64,000 nucleotides of DNA from Escherichia coli (GCF_013122565.1 NZ_CP053258.1), one strand, 5' to 3'. Numbered from the stretch's first letter, positions 11,399-26,824 are shown. Translations and numbers: made by a program. The notes: generated by a model from the sequence alone, not told the origin.

Positions 11399-12165
11399 GA
11401 GTGGGTTCCGTACTCTTTGTTTAGTGTGATTGTGACAGGCGTTTCACCGCCGTCTGTAAAGCGTATGCCCCGACAGCTGTATGCATAGCGATAAATTCCA
11501 GCAGGCCGGGACGCCGGTCTATTTTGCCCCAGAGTGTCAATGTTAGACTTGACGGACATTGTGCAGCGATCTGCTGCTATCCTCCGGCAAAAAACAAAAT
11601 ATACCTTCGTTGCGCCAATGTCACCTTTTCCGCAGCGCAAAAACTGCGTCAGGGAGGACGAGGTCGCACATTATAACGATTTCGTAGCAATTGGCAGCTA
11701 AATACTGGTCTTATCAGGGAAGATAATCAACAGCTAACATGTAAATAACCTTCAACACCGTGTAATTTGCAACAAGCCGCACAATTCACGAAATTAGCGC
11801 CATCATCGACGGAACTTCTTATAACGTAAGGTGAAAAGCTGTAAAGCCAGCCCTGCGAAGATGAGGGGCTGCAATGAGATAATCTTCACAGACCACAAAT
11901 AATGTAGGGATGCCAGGATCGCGACAAGATAGACGACATTACGCAGCGGTTGCTGGGGATTACCCAATTTTCACTGCATCGTCTGGATAGATGTGAATGC
12001 TAAAGCACGCAAAATTAACCGATTGACAATGCTCAGCATTAAATAGGTTCGAGTGATTAATTTGTAGTCAAACAAAATCAGATTATTCACCCCATTTTGC
12101 AGAAGGTAAACTGTTTTGTCAGGCGGCAGTGCGGCTATCTGATGCTTTCAGAATTTGCCACCTGA
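11399..12165 (-). promoter_or_regulatory. accBC promoter and long 5' leader region
   Basis: About 770 bp non-coding region upstream of accB with no convincing ORF; accB is known to have a long leader. Boundaries not mapped. Confidence 0.35.
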
Positions 12166-12200
12166 CAATAAAAAAGCCGATTTGGTAGCAAAATCGGCTT
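12166..12200 (-). terminator. Rho-independent terminator downstream of the 276-aa hypothetical gene (minus strand)
   Basis: Stem AGCCGATTT / AAATCGGCT (12175..12183 and 12191..12199) with a 7-nt loop, followed on the minus strand by TTTTTTAT. Confidence 0.55.
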
Positions 12201-12263
12201 CGGTGAGTTTGCGGCATTCATCACATACTCCGACAAGCTTTTTCAAGCATGACGGAGGTTGCG

Positions 12264-13094
12264 TTAATGCAAGGTTTCTACCCAGGGATAAAAGTGACCG
12301 TTACGGCGGATGAATATCTGTGTTGTCAGAGGATGGTCATCCTCACGGAAGCATTGTTCTGTTAACTGTCGTAATGCGCTGAGATTTGCTGGCTGATCAT
12401 TGTGGGTGAAAAACAGTTTTCCTCGGGAGGGAACAGTCACTAACAGGTCGCCGCATTCAGGATCGGGTGATTGCACCCAAAGATCGTCAATGAGCATCAG
12501 ACTGGGCTCATAAGTACCCCCTGCGGAGATAACGGCAACTTTTCCATCGTTTGCGCCTGTATCAACGATTTCAGCCGTAACTTCCGGCAATATTTGCTTC
12601 AAATTACTGATGGCTTGTTCGCGGTCAATGGTCACTTCGTAGCGCATCAGATAGCGCATGGTTTCGCTACCATCTTCAGCAAACAAGATAATTAACTCAT
12701 CGTTAAAGTCTTCCCAGGCAAAATCCAGCGAGGCGTTGAGGACCTCTGGATCAGACTCATACTGGCTAAGCTGTTGGCGAACGGTATCCAGCCAGGCTTT
12801 TTCTTTAATCACCGGAACAATACAGCGCCCGGTCGGCAGCATTTCTGCAAGCTGTTTCAGCATATCTGCAGCCACTTCTTGCAGCGGGTCTGGTGCGGCT
12901 TGATAACGTTTGTAGGCATCATCAAGGGTGATTTCCACCGTTTGGTGACCCGTATCAATGCGCATCAATTTATGGTCAGTCGAAATCATGACTTTCCAGT
13001 TTGGATGATGTTGTACAACTTCATGACCAAGATGTTCGACGAAAGCTGTCCGGCTAACCGCTTTTCCCGTTAACCGATTGAATAATGATTTCAA
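12264..13094 (-). CDS. Hypothetical protein, 276 aa, function unknown
   Basis: Long ORF downstream of acuI on the same strand; probable TTG start with GAGGG RBS; own terminator; no family recognised by eye. Confidence 0.6.
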   Translation of the reverse strand: MKSLFNRLTGKAVSRTAFVEHLGHEVVQHHPNWKVMISTDHKLMRIDTGHQTVEITLDDAYKRYQAAPDPLQEVAADMLKQLAEMLPTGRCIVPVIKEKAWLDTVRQQLSQYESDPEVLNASLDFAWEDFNDELIILFAEDGSETMRYLMRYEVTIDREQAISNLKQILPEVTAEIVDTGANDGKVAVISAGGTYEPSLMLIDDLWVQSPDPECGDLLVTVPSRGKLFFTHNDQPANLSALRQLTEQCFREDDHPLTTQIFIRRNGHFYPWVETLH

Positions 13095-13130
13095 AATGAG
13101 TTCCCTCTCTTATTAATCCTTGCTAAATGG

Positions 13131-14105
13131 TTAGTTAACCTTCACCAGCGTGCGACCCTGGATCTGGTTATTAATGATGGCCTCGGCAAACTTCGGTGCC
13201 TCTGCCAGAGATATCTCTTTTGCCGCCTGGGTATAGAATGATTCCGGTAAATCGGCGACCAGTCGCTGCCAGGCTTGTGCGCGGCGTGCTGGTGGCGTCA
13301 TTACTGAATCCACCCCTTGCAAACGGACATTACGCAGAATAAATGGCATGACCGTGGTTGGCAGAGTAAAACCACCCGCCAGACCACAGGCCGCCACGCA
13401 GCCGCCGTAATTCATTTGCGCCAGCACTTTTGCCAGCACTTTGTCGCCAACGGTGTCAATTGCCCCAGCCCAGACTTGTTTTTCCAGAGGACGGGATTCG
13501 GCAAACTCATCACGAGGGAGAATACGGCTGGCACCTAAACTTTTCAGATATTCATGGGTACTTTCGCGACCGGAAACGGCAACGACCTGATAACCCAACT
13601 TATGCAGCAGCGCCACGGCGGTACTGCCGACGCCACCACTGGCACCCGTCACGACAATCTCCCCGTCCTGCGGGCGAACACCGGCATCTTCCAGCGCCAT
13701 CACACACAGCATGGCGGTAAAACCGGCAGTACCGATAATCATTGCTTTACGCGCGTCCAGCCCTTGCGGCATGGCAACCAGCCAGTCACCTTTCACTCGC
13801 GCCTGCTCCGCCAGCCCACCCCAGTGGTTTTCACCAACGCCCCAGCCAGTGAGTAACACCTCCTGACCGGCATGAAAACGCGGATCTTCGCTGGTGCGTA
13901 CAGTTCCGGCAAAATCGATCCCAGGAATCATCGGAAAATTACGGATGATTTTTCCCTTACCGGTAATCGCCAGCGCATCTTTATAGTTCAGGCTCGACCA
14001 GTGAACATCGACCGTGACATCGCCCTCCGGCAGGCGACTTTCGTCCAGAGTCTGTACTGATGCGAGAGTTTTGCCGTCCTGCTGTTCTAAAAGTAACGCC
14101 TGCAT
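13131..14105 (-). CDS. acuI: Acrylyl-CoA reductase AcuI/YhdH (MDR-family NADPH oxidoreductase)
   Basis: 324-aa product MQALLLEQQDGKTLASVQTLDESRLPEGDVTVDV... with the nucleotide-binding motif GASGGVGS. Confidence 0.9.
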   Translation of the reverse strand: MQALLLEQQDGKTLASVQTLDESRLPEGDVTVDVHWSSLNYKDALAITGKGKIIRNFPMIPGIDFAGTVRTSEDPRFHAGQEVLLTGWGVGENHWGGLAEQARVKGDWLVAMPQGLDARKAMIIGTAGFTAMLCVMALEDAGVRPQDGEIVVTGASGGVGSTAVALLHKLGYQVVAVSGRESTHEYLKSLGASRILPRDEFAESRPLEKQVWAGAIDTVGDKVLAKVLAQMNYGGCVAACGLAGGFTLPTTVMPFILRNVRLQGVDSVMTPPARRAQAWQRLVADLPESFYTQAAKEISLAEAPKFAEAIINNQIQGRTLVKVN

Positions 14106-14256
14106 AAGTGGTCCTCATGTGCATGATGGATTGGAAAATAATTTCTGAAGACTATACTCGCTAATGGAAAAGCAAAGCCGATGAAGCGCAATAAATTGCG
14201 AGATAAATCTGATTTGCTAGTATGCCCGCTTCCTCACTATCGGAGTTAACACAAGG

Positions 14257-16197
14257 ATGAGATTAACGACGAAATTTTCGGCCTTTGTTACGCTGCTCAC
14301 CGGGTTAACAATTTTTGTGACTTTGCTGGGCTGTTCGCTAAGTTTCTACAATGCAATTCAGTATAAGTTTAGTCATCGCGTTCAGGCGGTGGCGACGGCG
14401 ATTGATACCCACCTTGTGTCGAATGACTTCAGCGCATTAAGGCCACAAATTACCGAATTAATGATGTCAGCCGATATCGTTCGTGTAGACCTGCTGCATG
14501 GTGATAAACAGGTTTATACCCTGGCCAGAAATGGTAGTTATCGTCCGGTTGGCACCAGCGATCTGTTTCGCGAGCTGAGCGTTCCGTTGATAAAGCATCC
14601 GGGGATGTCGCTGCGTCTGGTTTATCAGGATCCGATGGGCAACTATTTCCATTCGTTGATGACCACCGCGCCGCTCACGGGGGCGATTGGCTTTATCATT
14701 CTTATGCTCTTTCTGGCGGTACGCTGGTTACAACGGCAACTTGCCGGGCAAGAATTGTTGGAAACCCGGGCTACTCGTATCTTAAACGGTGAGCGTGGCT
14801 CTAATGTGTTGGGAACCATCTATGAATGGCCGCCCAGAACCAGCAGTGCGCTGGATACGCTGCTTCGTGAAATTCAGAACGCACGCGAACAACACAGCCG
14901 TCTTGATACGCTGATCCGCTCTTATGCCGCCCAAGACGTGAAAACCGGCCTCAATAACCGACTCTTTTTCGATAATCAGTTAGCAACGTTACTGGAAGAT
15001 CAGGAGAAAGTAGGTACCCACGGGATCGTGATGATGATTCGTCTGCCGGATTTCAATATGTTGAGCGATACCTGGGGGCACAGCCAGGTTGAAGAACAGT
15101 TCTTCACTCTGACGAATCTGCTGTCGACATTTATGATGCGCTACCCTGGCGCACTGCTGGCGCGTTACCACCGTAGTGATTTTGCTGCGCTGTTGCCGCA
15201 CCGGACGTTAAAAGAGGCAGAGAGCATCGCCGGTCAGTTAATCAAAGCCGTCGATACCTTGCCGAACAATAAAATGCTCGATCGCGACGATATGATCCAC
15301 ATCGGTATCTGCGCCTGGCGTAGTGGTCAGGATACCGAGCAGGTAATGGAACATGCAGAGTCTGCCACGCGTAATGCGGGATTGCAGGGCGGCAATAGCT
15401 GGGCTATTTACGATGACTCGTTGCCTGAAAAAGGACGCGGTAATGTTCGCTGGCGTACGCTTATCGAGCAAATGCTCAGTCGCGGCGGCCCGCGCCTTTA
15501 TCAAAAACCGGCGGTTACTCGCGAAGGTCAGGTTCATCATCGCGAACTCATGTGCCGCATCTTCGATGGTAATGAAGAGGTTAGCTCGGCGGAGTATATG
15601 CCGATGGTCTTGCAGTTTGGCTTATCGGAAGAGTATGACCGTCTGCAAATCAGCCGTCTTATTCCACTATTGCGTTACTGGCCGGAGGAAAATCTGGCGA
15701 TTCAGGTTACCGTTGAGTCGCTGATTCGCCCGCGTTTTCAGCGTTGGCTGCGCGATACGTTAATGCAATGTGAAAAATCACAACGAAAACGCATAATTAT
15801 TGAACTTGCAGAGGCCGATGTAGGTCAACATATCAGTCGTTTACAACCTGTTATTCGTTTAGTGAATGCTTTAGGGGTACGGGTAGCCGTCAACCAGGCT
15901 GGTTTGACGCTGGTTAGCACCAGTTGGATCAAAGAACTTAATGTTGAGTTACTCAAGCTCCATCCGGGGCTGGTCAGAAACATTGAGAAGCGAACGGAGA
16001 ACCAGCTGCTGGTTCAAAGCCTGGTGGAAGCCTGCTCCGGGACCAGCACCCAGGTTTACGCCACCGGTGTGCGTTCGCGAAGCGAGTGGCAGACCCTGAT
16101 TCAGCGCGGTGTTACAGGTGGGCAAGGGGATTTTTTCGCGTCCTCACAGCCACTTGATACTAACGTGAAAAAATATTCACAAAGATACTCGGTTTAA
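14257..16197 (+). CDS. csrD: RNase E specificity factor CsrD (degenerate GGDEF-EAL protein)
   Basis: 646-aa ORF with two N-terminal TM segments followed by GGDEF-like and EAL-like regions. Confidence 0.9.
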   Translation: MRLTTKFSAFVTLLTGLTIFVTLLGCSLSFYNAIQYKFSHRVQAVATAIDTHLVSNDFSALRPQITELMMSADIVRVDLLHGDKQVYTLARNGSYRPVGTSDLFRELSVPLIKHPGMSLRLVYQDPMGNYFHSLMTTAPLTGAIGFIILMLFLAVRWLQRQLAGQELLETRATRILNGERGSNVLGTIYEWPPRTSSALDTLLREIQNAREQHSRLDTLIRSYAAQDVKTGLNNRLFFDNQLATLLEDQEKVGTHGIVMMIRLPDFNMLSDTWGHSQVEEQFFTLTNLLSTFMMRYPGALLARYHRSDFAALLPHRTLKEAESIAGQLIKAVDTLPNNKMLDRDDMIHIGICAWRSGQDTEQVMEHAESATRNAGLQGGNSWAIYDDSLPEKGRGNVRWRTLIEQMLSRGGPRLYQKPAVTREGQVHHRELMCRIFDGNEEVSSAEYMPMVLQFGLSEEYDRLQISRLIPLLRYWPEENLAIQVTVESLIRPRFQRWLRDTLMQCEKSQRKRIIIELAEADVGQHISRLQPVIRLVNALGVRVAVNQAGLTLVSTSWIKELNVELLKLHPGLVRNIEKRTENQLLVQSLVEACSGTSTQVYATGVRSRSEWQTLIQRGVTGGQGDFFASSQPLDTNVKKYSQRYSV

Positions 16198-16375
16198 CCT
16201 GCCGTTTAATCCGTTTTCACGTAGAATAACGCGCGCTGCGTCTCATGGGAGTGTGCTTGTCTGCTCGCCAGATTGTTGCAGCACATATGCAGATGAATGA
16301 CCTTATGCGGTTGCAAACAGGCGAGGAATGCTGCTGATGCATTAAGCCTTTCTGGACTCAGGCAGAGATTTGTAA

Positions 16376-17545
<1,170 letters not shown>

Positions 17546-17610
17546 TCGGATGCAGGCAGGGGAAGCGTCTGTTTACCCTGCCTGGTCTGATACGAGAATA
17601 CGCATAACTT

Positions 17611-19202
<1,592 letters not shown>

Positions 19203-19210
19203 AGGTTTCT

Positions 19211-19804
19211 ATGACTTCTCTGTATTTAGCTTCCGGTTCTCCGCGTCGTCAGGAGTTACTTGCGCAACTTGGCGTAACCTTTGAACGTATTGTTACGGGC
19301 ATTGAGGAGCAGCGTCAGCCGCAGGAGAGCGCGCAGCAGTATGTTGTGCGTCTGGCGCGCGAGAAAGCACAGGCGGGTGTCGCGCAAACGGCGCAGGATC
19401 TCCCGGTGCTGGGTGCGGATACTATCGTTATCCTGAACGGAGAAGTACTGGAGAAACCGCGCGACGCAGAGCATGCGGCGCAGATGTTGCGCAAATTATC
19501 GGGTCAGACCCATCAGGTGATGACGGCAGTGGCGTTAGCCGACAGCCAGCACATTCTCGATTGCCTGGTGGTCACCGATGTGACTTTCAGAACGTTAACA
19601 GACGAAGACATCGCGGGCTATGTCGCCAGCGGTGAACCGTTAGATAAAGCAGGTGCATACGGTATTCAGGGGCTGGGTGGCTGTTTTGTCAGGAAGATAA
19701 ATGGCAGCTATCACGCCGTAGTCGGCTTACCGCTGGTTGAAACGTATGAATTATTAAGTAATTTTAACGCACTGCGTGAGAAAAGGGATAAACATGACGG
19801 CTGA
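19211..19804 (+). CDS. yhdE: Maf-like nucleoside-triphosphate pyrophosphatase YhdE
   Basis: 197-aa Maf-family ORF ([12 protein letters not shown] motif) immediately after mreD. Confidence 0.9.
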   Translation: MTSLYLASGSPRRQELLAQLGVTFERIVTGIEEQRQPQESAQQYVVRLAREKAQAGVAQTAQDLPVLGADTIVILNGEVLEKPRDAEHAAQMLRKLSGQTHQVMTAVALADSQHILDCLVVTDVTFRTLTDEDIAGYVASGEPLDKAGAYGIQGLGGCFVRKINGSYHAVVGLPLVETYELLSNFNALREKRDKHDG

Positions 19805-21263
19805 ATTGTTGGTAAACGTAACGCCTTCGGAAACGCGAGTGGCGTATATTGATGGCGGTATTCTGCAGGAAATTCATATTGAACGTGAGGCGCGACGCGG
19901 AATAGTAGGCAATATCTACAAGGGTCGTGTAAGTCGTGTACTTCCGGGTATGCAGGCGGCTTTTGTAGATATTGGGCTGGATAAAGCCGCGTTTCTTCAT
20001 GCATCTGACATCATGCCGCACACCGAATGTGTGGCGGGTGAAGAACAAAAGCAATTCACGGTGCGCGACATCTCGGAACTGGTCCGTCAGGGGCAAGATC
20101 TGATGGTGCAGGTGGTGAAAGATCCGCTTGGCACTAAAGGTGCGCGCCTGACCACCGATATCACGCTGCCTTCTCGCTATCTGGTGTTTATGCCAGGGGC
20201 TTCTCACGTTGGGGTTTCCCAACGTATTGAAAGCGAATCAGAACGTGAACGCCTGAAAAAAGTGGTCGCGGAGTATTGCGACGAGCAGGGCGGGTTTATC
20301 ATCCGTACTGCAGCGGAAGGGGTTGGCGAGGCTGAACTGGCCTCCGATGCCGCTTATCTGAAACGCGTCTGGACCAAAGTTATGGAGCGTAAAAAGCGCC
20401 CGCAGACCCGTTATCAGCTGTACGGCGAACTGGCGCTGGCGCAGCGTGTTCTGCGTGATTTCGCCGACGCTGAACTCGACCGCATTCGCGTTGACTCACG
20501 CCTGACTTACGAAGCATTGCTGGAGTTTACCTCGGAGTACATTCCCGAGATGACCAGCAAGCTGGAGCATTACACCGGACGCCAGCCGATTTTCGATCTC
20601 TTTGATGTCGAAAACGAAATCCAGCGAGCGCTGGAACGCAAAGTAGAACTGAAATCTGGTGGTTATCTGATTATCGACCAGACCGAAGCGATGACCACCG
20701 TGGACATCAATACCGGGGCGTTTGTCGGTCATCGCAATCTGGACGACACCATTTTCAATACCAATATTGAAGCGACGCAGGCTATCGCTCGCCAGTTACG
20801 GTTGCGTAATCTGGGCGGGATTATCATTATTGATTTCATCGATATGAATAATGAAGATCACCGCCGCCGCGTGCTGCACTCGCTGGAGCAGGCGTTGAGC
20901 AAAGACCGGGTGAAAACCAGCGTTAATGGTTTTTCGGCGCTGGGGCTGGTGGAGATGACGCGTAAACGCACCCGCGAAAGCATTGAGCACGTACTGTGTA
21001 ACGAATGCCCAACCTGTCACGGTCGCGGAACGGTGAAAACCGTGGAAACGGTATGCTATGAAATCATGCGCGAGATTGTTCGTGTCCACCATGCTTACGA
21101 CTCCGACCGTTTCCTGGTCTATGCTTCTCCGGCAGTAGCTGAAGCCTTGAAAGGCGAAGAGTCACACTCGCTGGCGGAAGTGGAAATTTTCGTTGGCAAA
21201 CAGGTTAAAGTACAAATTGAACCGCTCTATAACCAGGAGCAGTTTGACGTCGTAATGATGTAA
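19794..21263 (+). CDS. rng: Ribonuclease G
   Basis: 489-aa product [30 protein letters not shown]... with S1 and RNase E/G catalytic domains; overlaps yhdE 3' end. Confidence 0.95.
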
Positions 21264-21330
21264 ACAGATGCTGGGCCGCCATCCGGCAAAGGGTTTTTGA
21301 GTCACATTTTTAGCAGACAAGGAGTGACGG

Positions 21331-24300
21331 GTGAGGCGATTGCCGGGGATTTTACTGCTTACTGGAGCCGCGCTCGTTGTGATCGCTGCCCTGCTGGTTA
21401 GCGGCCTGCGTATTGCTTTACCGCATCTTGACGCCTGGCGTCCGGAAATCCTCAACAAAATAGAATCCGCGACTGGCATGCCGGTAGAAGCCAGTCAGCT
21501 CTCAGCCAGCTGGCAGAATTTTGGCCCGACGCTTGAAGCACACGACATCCGTGTAGAACTAAAAGATGGCGGCGAATTTTCGGTTAAACGCGTTACTCTG
21601 GCGCTGGATGTCTGGCAGAGCCTGTTACATATGCGCTGGCAGTTTCGCGATCTCACTTTCTGGCAGCTGCGCTTTCGCACCAACACTCCTATCACCAGCG
21701 GTGGTAGCGATGACAGTCTGGAAGCCAGTCACATCAGCGATCTGTTTCTTCGTCAATTTGACCATTTCGATCTCCGCGACAGTGAAGTCAGTTTCCTGAC
21801 GCCATCCGGTCAGCGCGCCGAGCTGGCGATCCCACAACTCACCTGGCTGAACGATCCACGTCGACACCGTGCGGAAGGCCAGGTAAGCCTCTCCAGCCTT
21901 ACCGGACAGCACGGCGTAATGCAGGTGCGCATGGATTTGCGCGATGATGAGGGCTTGTTAAGCAATGGTCGCGTCTGGCTCCAGGCGGATGACATCGACC
22001 TTAAGCCGTGGCTCGGTAAATGGATGCAGGACAATATTGCGCTGGAAACGGCGCAGTTCTCCCTTGAAGGCTGGATGACGATCGACAAAGGCGATGTAAC
22101 CGGCGGTGACGTCTGGCTGAAACAGGGCGGTGCCAGCTGGTTGGGCGAGAAGGAAACGCATACGCTGTCGGTGGATAATCTGACCGCGCATATTACGCGT
22201 GAAAATCCGGGATGGCAGTTCTCTATTCCCGATACACGGATCACGATGGACGGCAAACCCTGGCCGAGCGGAGCATTGACGCTGGCCTGGATACCGGAAC
22301 AGGACGTTGGCGGCAAAGACAATAAACGCAGTGACGAACTCCGGATTCGCGCCAGTAATCTGGAGCTGGCAGGCCTGGAGGGCATACGCCCGCTGGCCGC
22401 GAAACTTTCACCTGCACTGGGTGATGTTTGGCGCTCCACACAACCGAGCGGCAAGATTAACACGCTGGCGCTGGATATCCCGCTTCAGGCGGCAGACAAG
22501 ACCCGTTTTCAGGCATCGTGGAGCGATCTGGCCTGGAAGCAATGGAAATTATTACCGGGTGCGGAACACTTCTCCGGGACGCTTTCCGGCAGCGTTGAAA
22601 ATGGTTTGCTTACCGCGTCGATGAAGCAGGCAAAGATGCCTTACGAAACGGTATTCCGTGCGCCACTGGAAATCGCCGACGGCCAGGCAACTATAAGCTG
22701 GCTGAACAATGACAAAGGTTTCCAGCTGGATGGGCGTAATATTGACGTTAAAGCCAAAGCCGTCCATGCGCGCGGCGGTTTTCGTTACCTGCAACCTGCT
22801 AACGATGAACCCTGGCTGGGTATTCTGGCTGGCATCAGTACCGATGATGGTTCACAAGCCTGGCGCTATTTCCCGGAAAACCTGATGGGTAAAGACCTGG
22901 TTGATTACTTAAGTGGCGCGATTCAGGGCGGTGAAGCGGATAACGCGACGCTGGTTTATGGTGGCAATCCGCAACTCTTCCCCTATAAACACAACGAAGG
23001 TCAGTTTGAAGTGCTGGTGCCGCTGCGCAACGCGAAGTTTGCCTTCCAGCCGGACTGGCCTGCATTAACTAACCTTGATATTGAACTGGACTTTATTAAC
23101 GACGGTTTATGGATGAAAACCGATGGCGTTAATCTGGGCGGCGTGCGCGCGAGTAATCTCACCGCAGTGATCCCTGACTACTCAAAAGAAAAACTGCTGA
23201 TTGACGCTGACATTAAAGGTCCGGGTAAAGCCGTTGGCCCTTACTTTGATGAGACACCGCTGAAAGATTCTCTGGGTGCGACCCTGCAAGAACTCCAGCT
23301 CGACGGCGATGTGAATGCTCGCTTACATCTTGATATCCCGCTGAACGGCGAACTGGTAACCGCGAAAGGTGAAGTGACGCTGCGTAATAACAGTCTGTTT
23401 ATCAAACCGCTCGACAGCACCCTGAAAAATTTGAGCGGTAAATTCAGCTTTATCAATGGCGATCTGCAAAGTGAACCACTGACAGCAAGCTGGTTTAATC
23501 AGCCGTTGAACGTGGATTTTTCCACCAAAGAAGGGGCAAAAGCCTACCAGGTAGCGGTAAACCTTAACGGTAACTGGCAACCGGCGAAAACCGGCGTTCT
23601 GCCTGCAGCGGTGAACGAAGCATTGAGTGGCAGCGTGGCGTGGGATGGTAAAGTGGGCATTGATCTGCCTTATCATGCTGGCGCGACCTATAACGTAGAG
23701 CTGAACGGCGATCTGAAGAATGTGAGCAGTCACTTACCTTCACCGTTAGCCAAACCTGCGGGTGAACCACTAGCGGTAAACGTTAAGGTTGATGGCAATC
23801 TCAACAGCTTTGAATTAACCGGACAGGCTGGTGCGGATAATCATTTCAATAGCCGCTGGTTGCTCGGTCAAAAGCTGACGCTCGATCGTGCTATTTGGGC
23901 GGCAGACAGTAAAACGCTCCCGCCGTTGCCGGAACAAAGTGGCGTTGAACTCAATATGCCGCCGATGAATGGTGCCGAGTGGCTGGCCCTGTTTCAGAAA
24001 GGTGCGGCGGAGAGTGTCGGTGGTGCAGCGAGTTTCCCACAACACATAACGTTACGTACGCCTATGTTGTCGCTGGGAAATCAGCAATGGAATAACCTGA
24101 GTATTGTTTCGCAACCGACGGCAAATGGCACCCAGGTTGAGGCGCAAGGGCGTGAAATCAACGCCACGCTGGCGATGCGTAATAACGCGCCGTGGCTGGC
24201 GAATATCAAATATCTTTATTACAACCCGAGCGTGGCGAAAACTCGTGGTGATTCAACGCCGTCATCACCTTTCCCGACAACGGAACGCATTAACTTCCGT

Positions 24301-25131
24301 GGCTGGCCGGACGCCCAAATACGATGCGCAGAGTGCTGGTTCTGGGGGCAAAAATTCGGGCGCATTGACAGTGATATCACCATTTCTGGCAATACATTAA
24401 CGCTTACTAATGGACTGATTGATACTGGTTTTTCGCGGCTTACTGCCGATGGTGAATGGGTTAACAATCCGGGGAATGAACGTACCTCGCTGAAAGGAAA
24501 ACTGCGCGGGCAGAAAATTGATGCCGCCGCAGAATTTTTTGGTGTCACGACGCCCATACGCCAGTCGTCATTTAATGTGGATTACGATTTACACTGGCGC
24601 AAAGCACCCTGGCAGCCAGATGAGGCGACGTTGAATGGCATCATTCATACTCAACTGGGTAAAGGCGAAATTACCGAAATCAATACCGGACATGCCGGGC
24701 AATTGCTGCGCTTATTGAGCGTAGATGCCCTGATGCGTAAGCTGCGTTTTGATTTCAGAGACACTTTTGGCGAAGGGTTCTATTTTGACTCCATCCGCAG
24801 CACCGCGTGGATTAAAGACGGCGTTATGCACACCGACGACACGCTGGTGGATGGCCTGGAAGCGGATATCGCCATGAAAGGGTCGGTAAATCTGGTACGT
24901 CGCGACCTGAATATGGAAGCGGTTGTCGCACCAGAGATTTCTGCGACGGTGGGCGTGGCTGCGGCTTTTGCGGTTAACCCCATTGTTGGCGCGGCAGTGT
25001 TTGCCGCCAGTAAAGTGCTGGGGCCGCTGTGGAGCAAAGTCTCCATTTTGCGCTATCACATTTCGGGTCCGCTGGACGATCCGCAAATCAACGAAGTGTT
25101 GCGCCAACCGCGTAAAGAAAAAGCGCAATGA
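21331..25131 (+). CDS. yhdP: AsmA-family envelope protein YhdP
   Basis: 1266-aa ORF, GTG start, N-terminal TM anchor, long beta-rich body. Confidence 0.9.
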   Translation: MRRLPGILLLTGAALVVIAALLVSGLRIALPHLDAWRPEILNKIESATGMPVEASQLSASWQNFGPTLEAHDIRVELKDGGEFSVKRVTLALDVWQSLLHMRWQFRDLTFWQLRFRTNTPITSGGSDDSLEASHISDLFLRQFDHFDLRDSEVSFLTPSGQRAELAIPQLTWLNDPRRHRAEGQVSLSSLTGQHGVMQVRMDLRDDEGLLSNGRVWLQADDIDLKPWLGKWMQDNIALETAQFSLEGWMTIDKGDVTGGDVWLKQGGASWLGEKETHTLSVDNLTAHITRENPGWQFSIPDTRITMDGKPWPSGALTLAWIPEQDVGGKDNKRSDELRIRASNLELAGLEGIRPLAAKLSPALGDVWRSTQPSGKINTLALDIPLQAADKTRFQASWSDLAWKQWKLLPGAEHFSGTLSGSVENGLLTASMKQAKMPYETVFRAPLEIADGQATISWLNNDKGFQLDGRNIDVKAKAVHARGGFRYLQPANDEPWLGILAGISTDDGSQAWRYFPENLMGKDLVDYLSGAIQGGEADNATLVYGGNPQLFPYKHNEGQFEVLVPLRNAKFAFQPDWPALTNLDIELDFINDGLWMKTDGVNLGGVRASNLTAVIPDYSKEKLLIDADIKGPGKAVGPYFDETPLKDSLGATLQELQLDGDVNARLHLDIPLNGELVTAKGEVTLRNNSLFIKPLDSTLKNLSGKFSFINGDLQSEPLTASWFNQPLNVDFSTKEGAKAYQVAVNLNGNWQPAKTGVLPAAVNEALSGSVAWDGKVGIDLPYHAGATYNVELNGDLKNVSSHLPSPLAKPAGEPLAVNVKVDGNLNSFELTGQAGADNHFNSRWLLGQKLTLDRAIWAADSKTLPPLPEQSGVELNMPPMNGAEWLALFQKGAAESVGGAASFPQHITLRTPMLSLGNQQWNNLSIVSQPTANGTQVEAQGREINATLAMRNNAPWLANIKYLYYNPSVAKTRGDSTPSSPFPTTERINFRGWPDAQIRCAECWFWGQKFGRIDSDITISGNTLTLTNGLIDTGFSRLTADGEWVNNPGNERTSLKGKLRGQKIDAAAEFFGVTTPIRQSSFNVDYDLHWRKAPWQPDEATLNGIIHTQLGKGEITEINTGHAGQLLRLLSVDALMRKLRFDFRDTFGEGFYFDSIRSTAWIKDGVMHTDDTLVDGLEADIAMKGSVNLVRRDLNMEAVVAPEISATVGVAAAFAVNPIVGAAVFAASKVLGPLWSKVSILRYHISGPLDDPQINEVLRQPRKEKAQ

Positions 25132-25205
25132 TTTGACGAGGGCGCGTAATTGCCCCAATCTCATAGGATAATCGTTGCCAAAGGCCAACGAGCCAGAACA
25201 TAACC

Positions 25206-25240
25206 GTAGGCCGGACAGGGCGTTCACGCCGCATCCGGCA
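25206..25240. repeat. REP (repetitive extragenic palindromic) element
   Basis: GTAGGCCGGACAGGGCGTTCACGCCGCATCCGGCA matches the REP consensus (GCCGGATGCGGCGTGAACGCC...GGCCTAC) in inverse orientation; intergenic between yhdP and tldD. Confidence 0.75.
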
Positions 25241-25271
25241 GCCGTAAAAAATCCTCTACTGCAGTAACTAA

Positions 25272-26732
<1,461 letters not shown>

Positions 26733-26782
26733 TAATTTCAGTATTTTCAGAAGGATAATTAATCCTTCCTCATGCACGAACG

Positions 26783-26824
26783 GTCCCCTCGCCCCTTTGG
26801 GGAGAGGGTTAGGGTGAGGGGAAC
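26783..26824. repeat. GC-rich palindromic intergenic element (CCCCTCGCCCC / GGGGAGAGGG / GGGTGAGGGG), probable hairpin or terminator
   Basis: Seen directly; a related copy lies at 44640..44676. Confidence 0.5.

Noticed and set aside
21264-21330. Possible REP element after rng (GGGCCGCCATCCGGCAAAGGG)
   Set aside because: Only a partial match to the REP consensus with no clear second arm; more likely a simple terminator or spacer, so not listed as a feature.
21810-22463. 217-aa minus-strand ORF inside yhdP
   Set aside because: Antisense to yhdP; Ser/Pro/Arg-rich low-complexity translation, no RBS.
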